A stretch of DNA of 56,753 nt. Origin: a virus (lineage: Duplodnaviria; Caudoviricetes). Shown piece by piece: positions 56,301 to 56,753 of this stretch (the first letter of the stretch is position 1; the number at the start of each line of letters is the position of its first letter). Under the pieces are notes generated by a model, which was given only the letters and a program-made list of their open reading frames with translations, did not search any database and was not told the origin of the DNA. Where the stretch lies: positions 1 through 56,753 of the IMG/VR virus record IMGVR_UViG_3300032224_001432. One strand, written 5' to 3'. Made by a program: the position numbers and the translations under genes.

Positions 56301-56753
56301 TGGCCCAGCGGTACGCCGCTCACCGCAGGTACTGGTCCGGCAGGTGGTGACCTTACAGGAACGTATCCGAATCCCACACTTGCGGCTGTTGCAACTGCTG
56401 CCACCAAAGGAACAGCTGCCAAGTCCGCAACAGTCACTATCGACGCGAAAGGCCGCGTGACATCAATAACAGAACAGGACATTGCAATCACCAAGGCCCA
56501 AGCGGGGTTGGCCAACGTGGACAACACGTCGGACGCCACGAAGAACGTACTCTATGCAACCACGGCAGGCGGTGCACCTCCTACCGGAACAGCGGGCGGA
56601 GACCTCACAGGAACGTACCCAAACCCCACACTGGCAGCGGTTGCTACTGCGGCTACCTTGGGGTCTGCCACCAAGTCACTGACGGTCACGATCGACGCCA
56701 AGGGGCGCGTGACGTCGATGACGGAGAACACAATCACCGCGACCGACTCGACC
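53376..56753 (+). CDS. Long modular fibre protein (>1126 aa, runs off the window; absent from the ORF track)
   Basis: Manual translation MTEAQLKDALL... is open to the end; two Trp-rich CBM-like modules, six AGGDLTG repeats, GLGNVDN motifs, C1q-like domain near 55710-56150. Confidence 0.85.
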   Translation, partial: MTEAQLKDALLAAYRAYNTTDESAVKHALIDFINTLTVGVADLQAEPEKSKQLEYIKYQQYLISDKFAETFIDEQTTGAYLSVIKNAVGVDSTVISVSTPVNLGGVTIQNTDVQGINTPAAWAAGSYAQKSVVTHIGSTWFANSATVAADVPGTSSKWVLHNIAGTPRIVRVKLSGGPPQVNDQIRLSIGATQYTYTFTANDTTVNDHVAGLSKLASVNTSYKIANTTSALKELSVGVANSVWQTSLTSIGIFLWQPQIYPINSVVFYNSQTWVSTGATTAADVPGTSPLWITYTIGSAGGDLTGTYPYPTLAAITTATTKGSSTKVPVITIDTKGRVTSLTDVDVSGGGGAPSGPAGGDLTGTYPNPTLAAVATAATKGSASKSVTATIDAKGRVTSLSDQDIAITKAQAGLANVDNTADASKNVLYATTAGSAPPSGSAGGDLTGNYPNPTLASVTTAATRGAADKTVTVTLDAKGRITTLTEQSISITPSQAGLGNVDNVQQIPISYLDTDGTLAANSDTKVPSQKAVKTYVDTVATGVMRFMGSTDCSANPNYPSAKKGEAYVVSVAGKIGGASGITVEVGDVYVAIADNAGGTQAAVGFSWDVLQYNIVGPLLASNNLSDLTNTATARTNIGLGNVDNTADANKNVLYAATAGGAPPTGAAGGDLTGTYPNPTLAAVATAATKGSASKTVTATIDAKGRVTSLSDQDIAITESQVTNLTTDLAGKLSLTGGSMTGNITFDGVHTVKGIPSPSTGTDAANKAYVDSVAGGATPGLYGSFYDTTNQYAAAINTGYPITLDTPVEYNGVSIVSGSRITVASGGVFNIQFSAQLVNEDTSIREVTMWIKLNGVNVTYSAGAVSVPNSHGGTHGQIIAAWNYVMTLAAGDYIQFYWETPSTQVHIEPVPDGAAPVSPSMIVTVQQVASTVAGPTGPAGTSLLYGSTAPGSGTGNDGDFYINTTNNYLYGPKASGAWPSGTPLTAGTGPAGGDLTGTYPNPTLAAVATAATKGTAAKSATVTIDAKGRVTSITEQDIAITKAQAGLANVDNTSDATKNVLYATTAGGAPPTGTAGGDLTGTYPNPTLAAVATAATLGSATKSLTVTIDAKGRVTSMTENTITATDST
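54270..56730 (+). repeat. Six coding repeats AGGDLTG[TN]YP[NY]PTL...T[IL]D[AT]KGR[VI]T
   Basis: Starts at 54270, 54444, 54696, 55371, 56340 and 56592, all in frame; mostly synonymous divergence. Confidence 0.9.

Noticed and set aside
54270-56730. Diversity-generating retroelement or CRISPR-like array in the fibre repeats
   Set aside because: Repeats are in-frame protein repeats with mostly third-position changes, not adenine-specific; no reverse transcriptase in the window
34-56737. Many short opposite-strand or out-of-frame ORFs in the track (e.g. 49043-49837, 30209-30745, 54687-56737 set)
   Set aside because: They lie within well-supported genes and lack recognisable motifs; treated as shadow ORFs
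1-56753. Stop-codon recoding
   Set aside because: Very long ORFs are intact in the standard code, and TAA, TAG and TGA all end genes at tight junctions

Overview
This is a fragment of a large contractile-tailed (myovirus-type) phage genome, not a host chromosome. It has three blocks. (1) 1-27.2 kb, + strand: virion genes (Gly/Ala-rich internal-protein candidates, baseplate hub, gp25-like, J-like and I/gp7-like wedge proteins, beta-helix tailspike) with a sigma70-family gene embedded among them. (2) 27.3-42.3 kb, - strand: a replication/recombination operon (SF2 helicase, degenerate UDG4, DnaB, DnaG, Zn-rich SSB candidate, family A DNA polymerase, RecA, Hjc-like, Cas4-like and RusA nucleases). 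(3) 42.3 kb to the end, + strand: head protein candidate, portal, a 2076-aa single-chain beta-beta' RNA polymerase, the central spike (translationally coupled to the RNAP), and a >1126-aa mosaic fibre absent from the ORF track. The standout is a candidate self-contained transcription system. It comprises the fused bacterial-type RNAP, a sigma factor with a co-diverged core-binding surface, a V-x-x-[HY]-x-R...[VI]-x-x-[HY]-x-R hairpin motif shared by the RNAP, the sigma and an unannotated 50-aa basic ORF, and a recurring GCAA-N19/20-ATAA(G/T) promoter-like motif heading all three minus-strand units. Virion packaging of this holoenzyme is inferred from gene context only. All family calls come from reading motifs by eye; no database searches were run.
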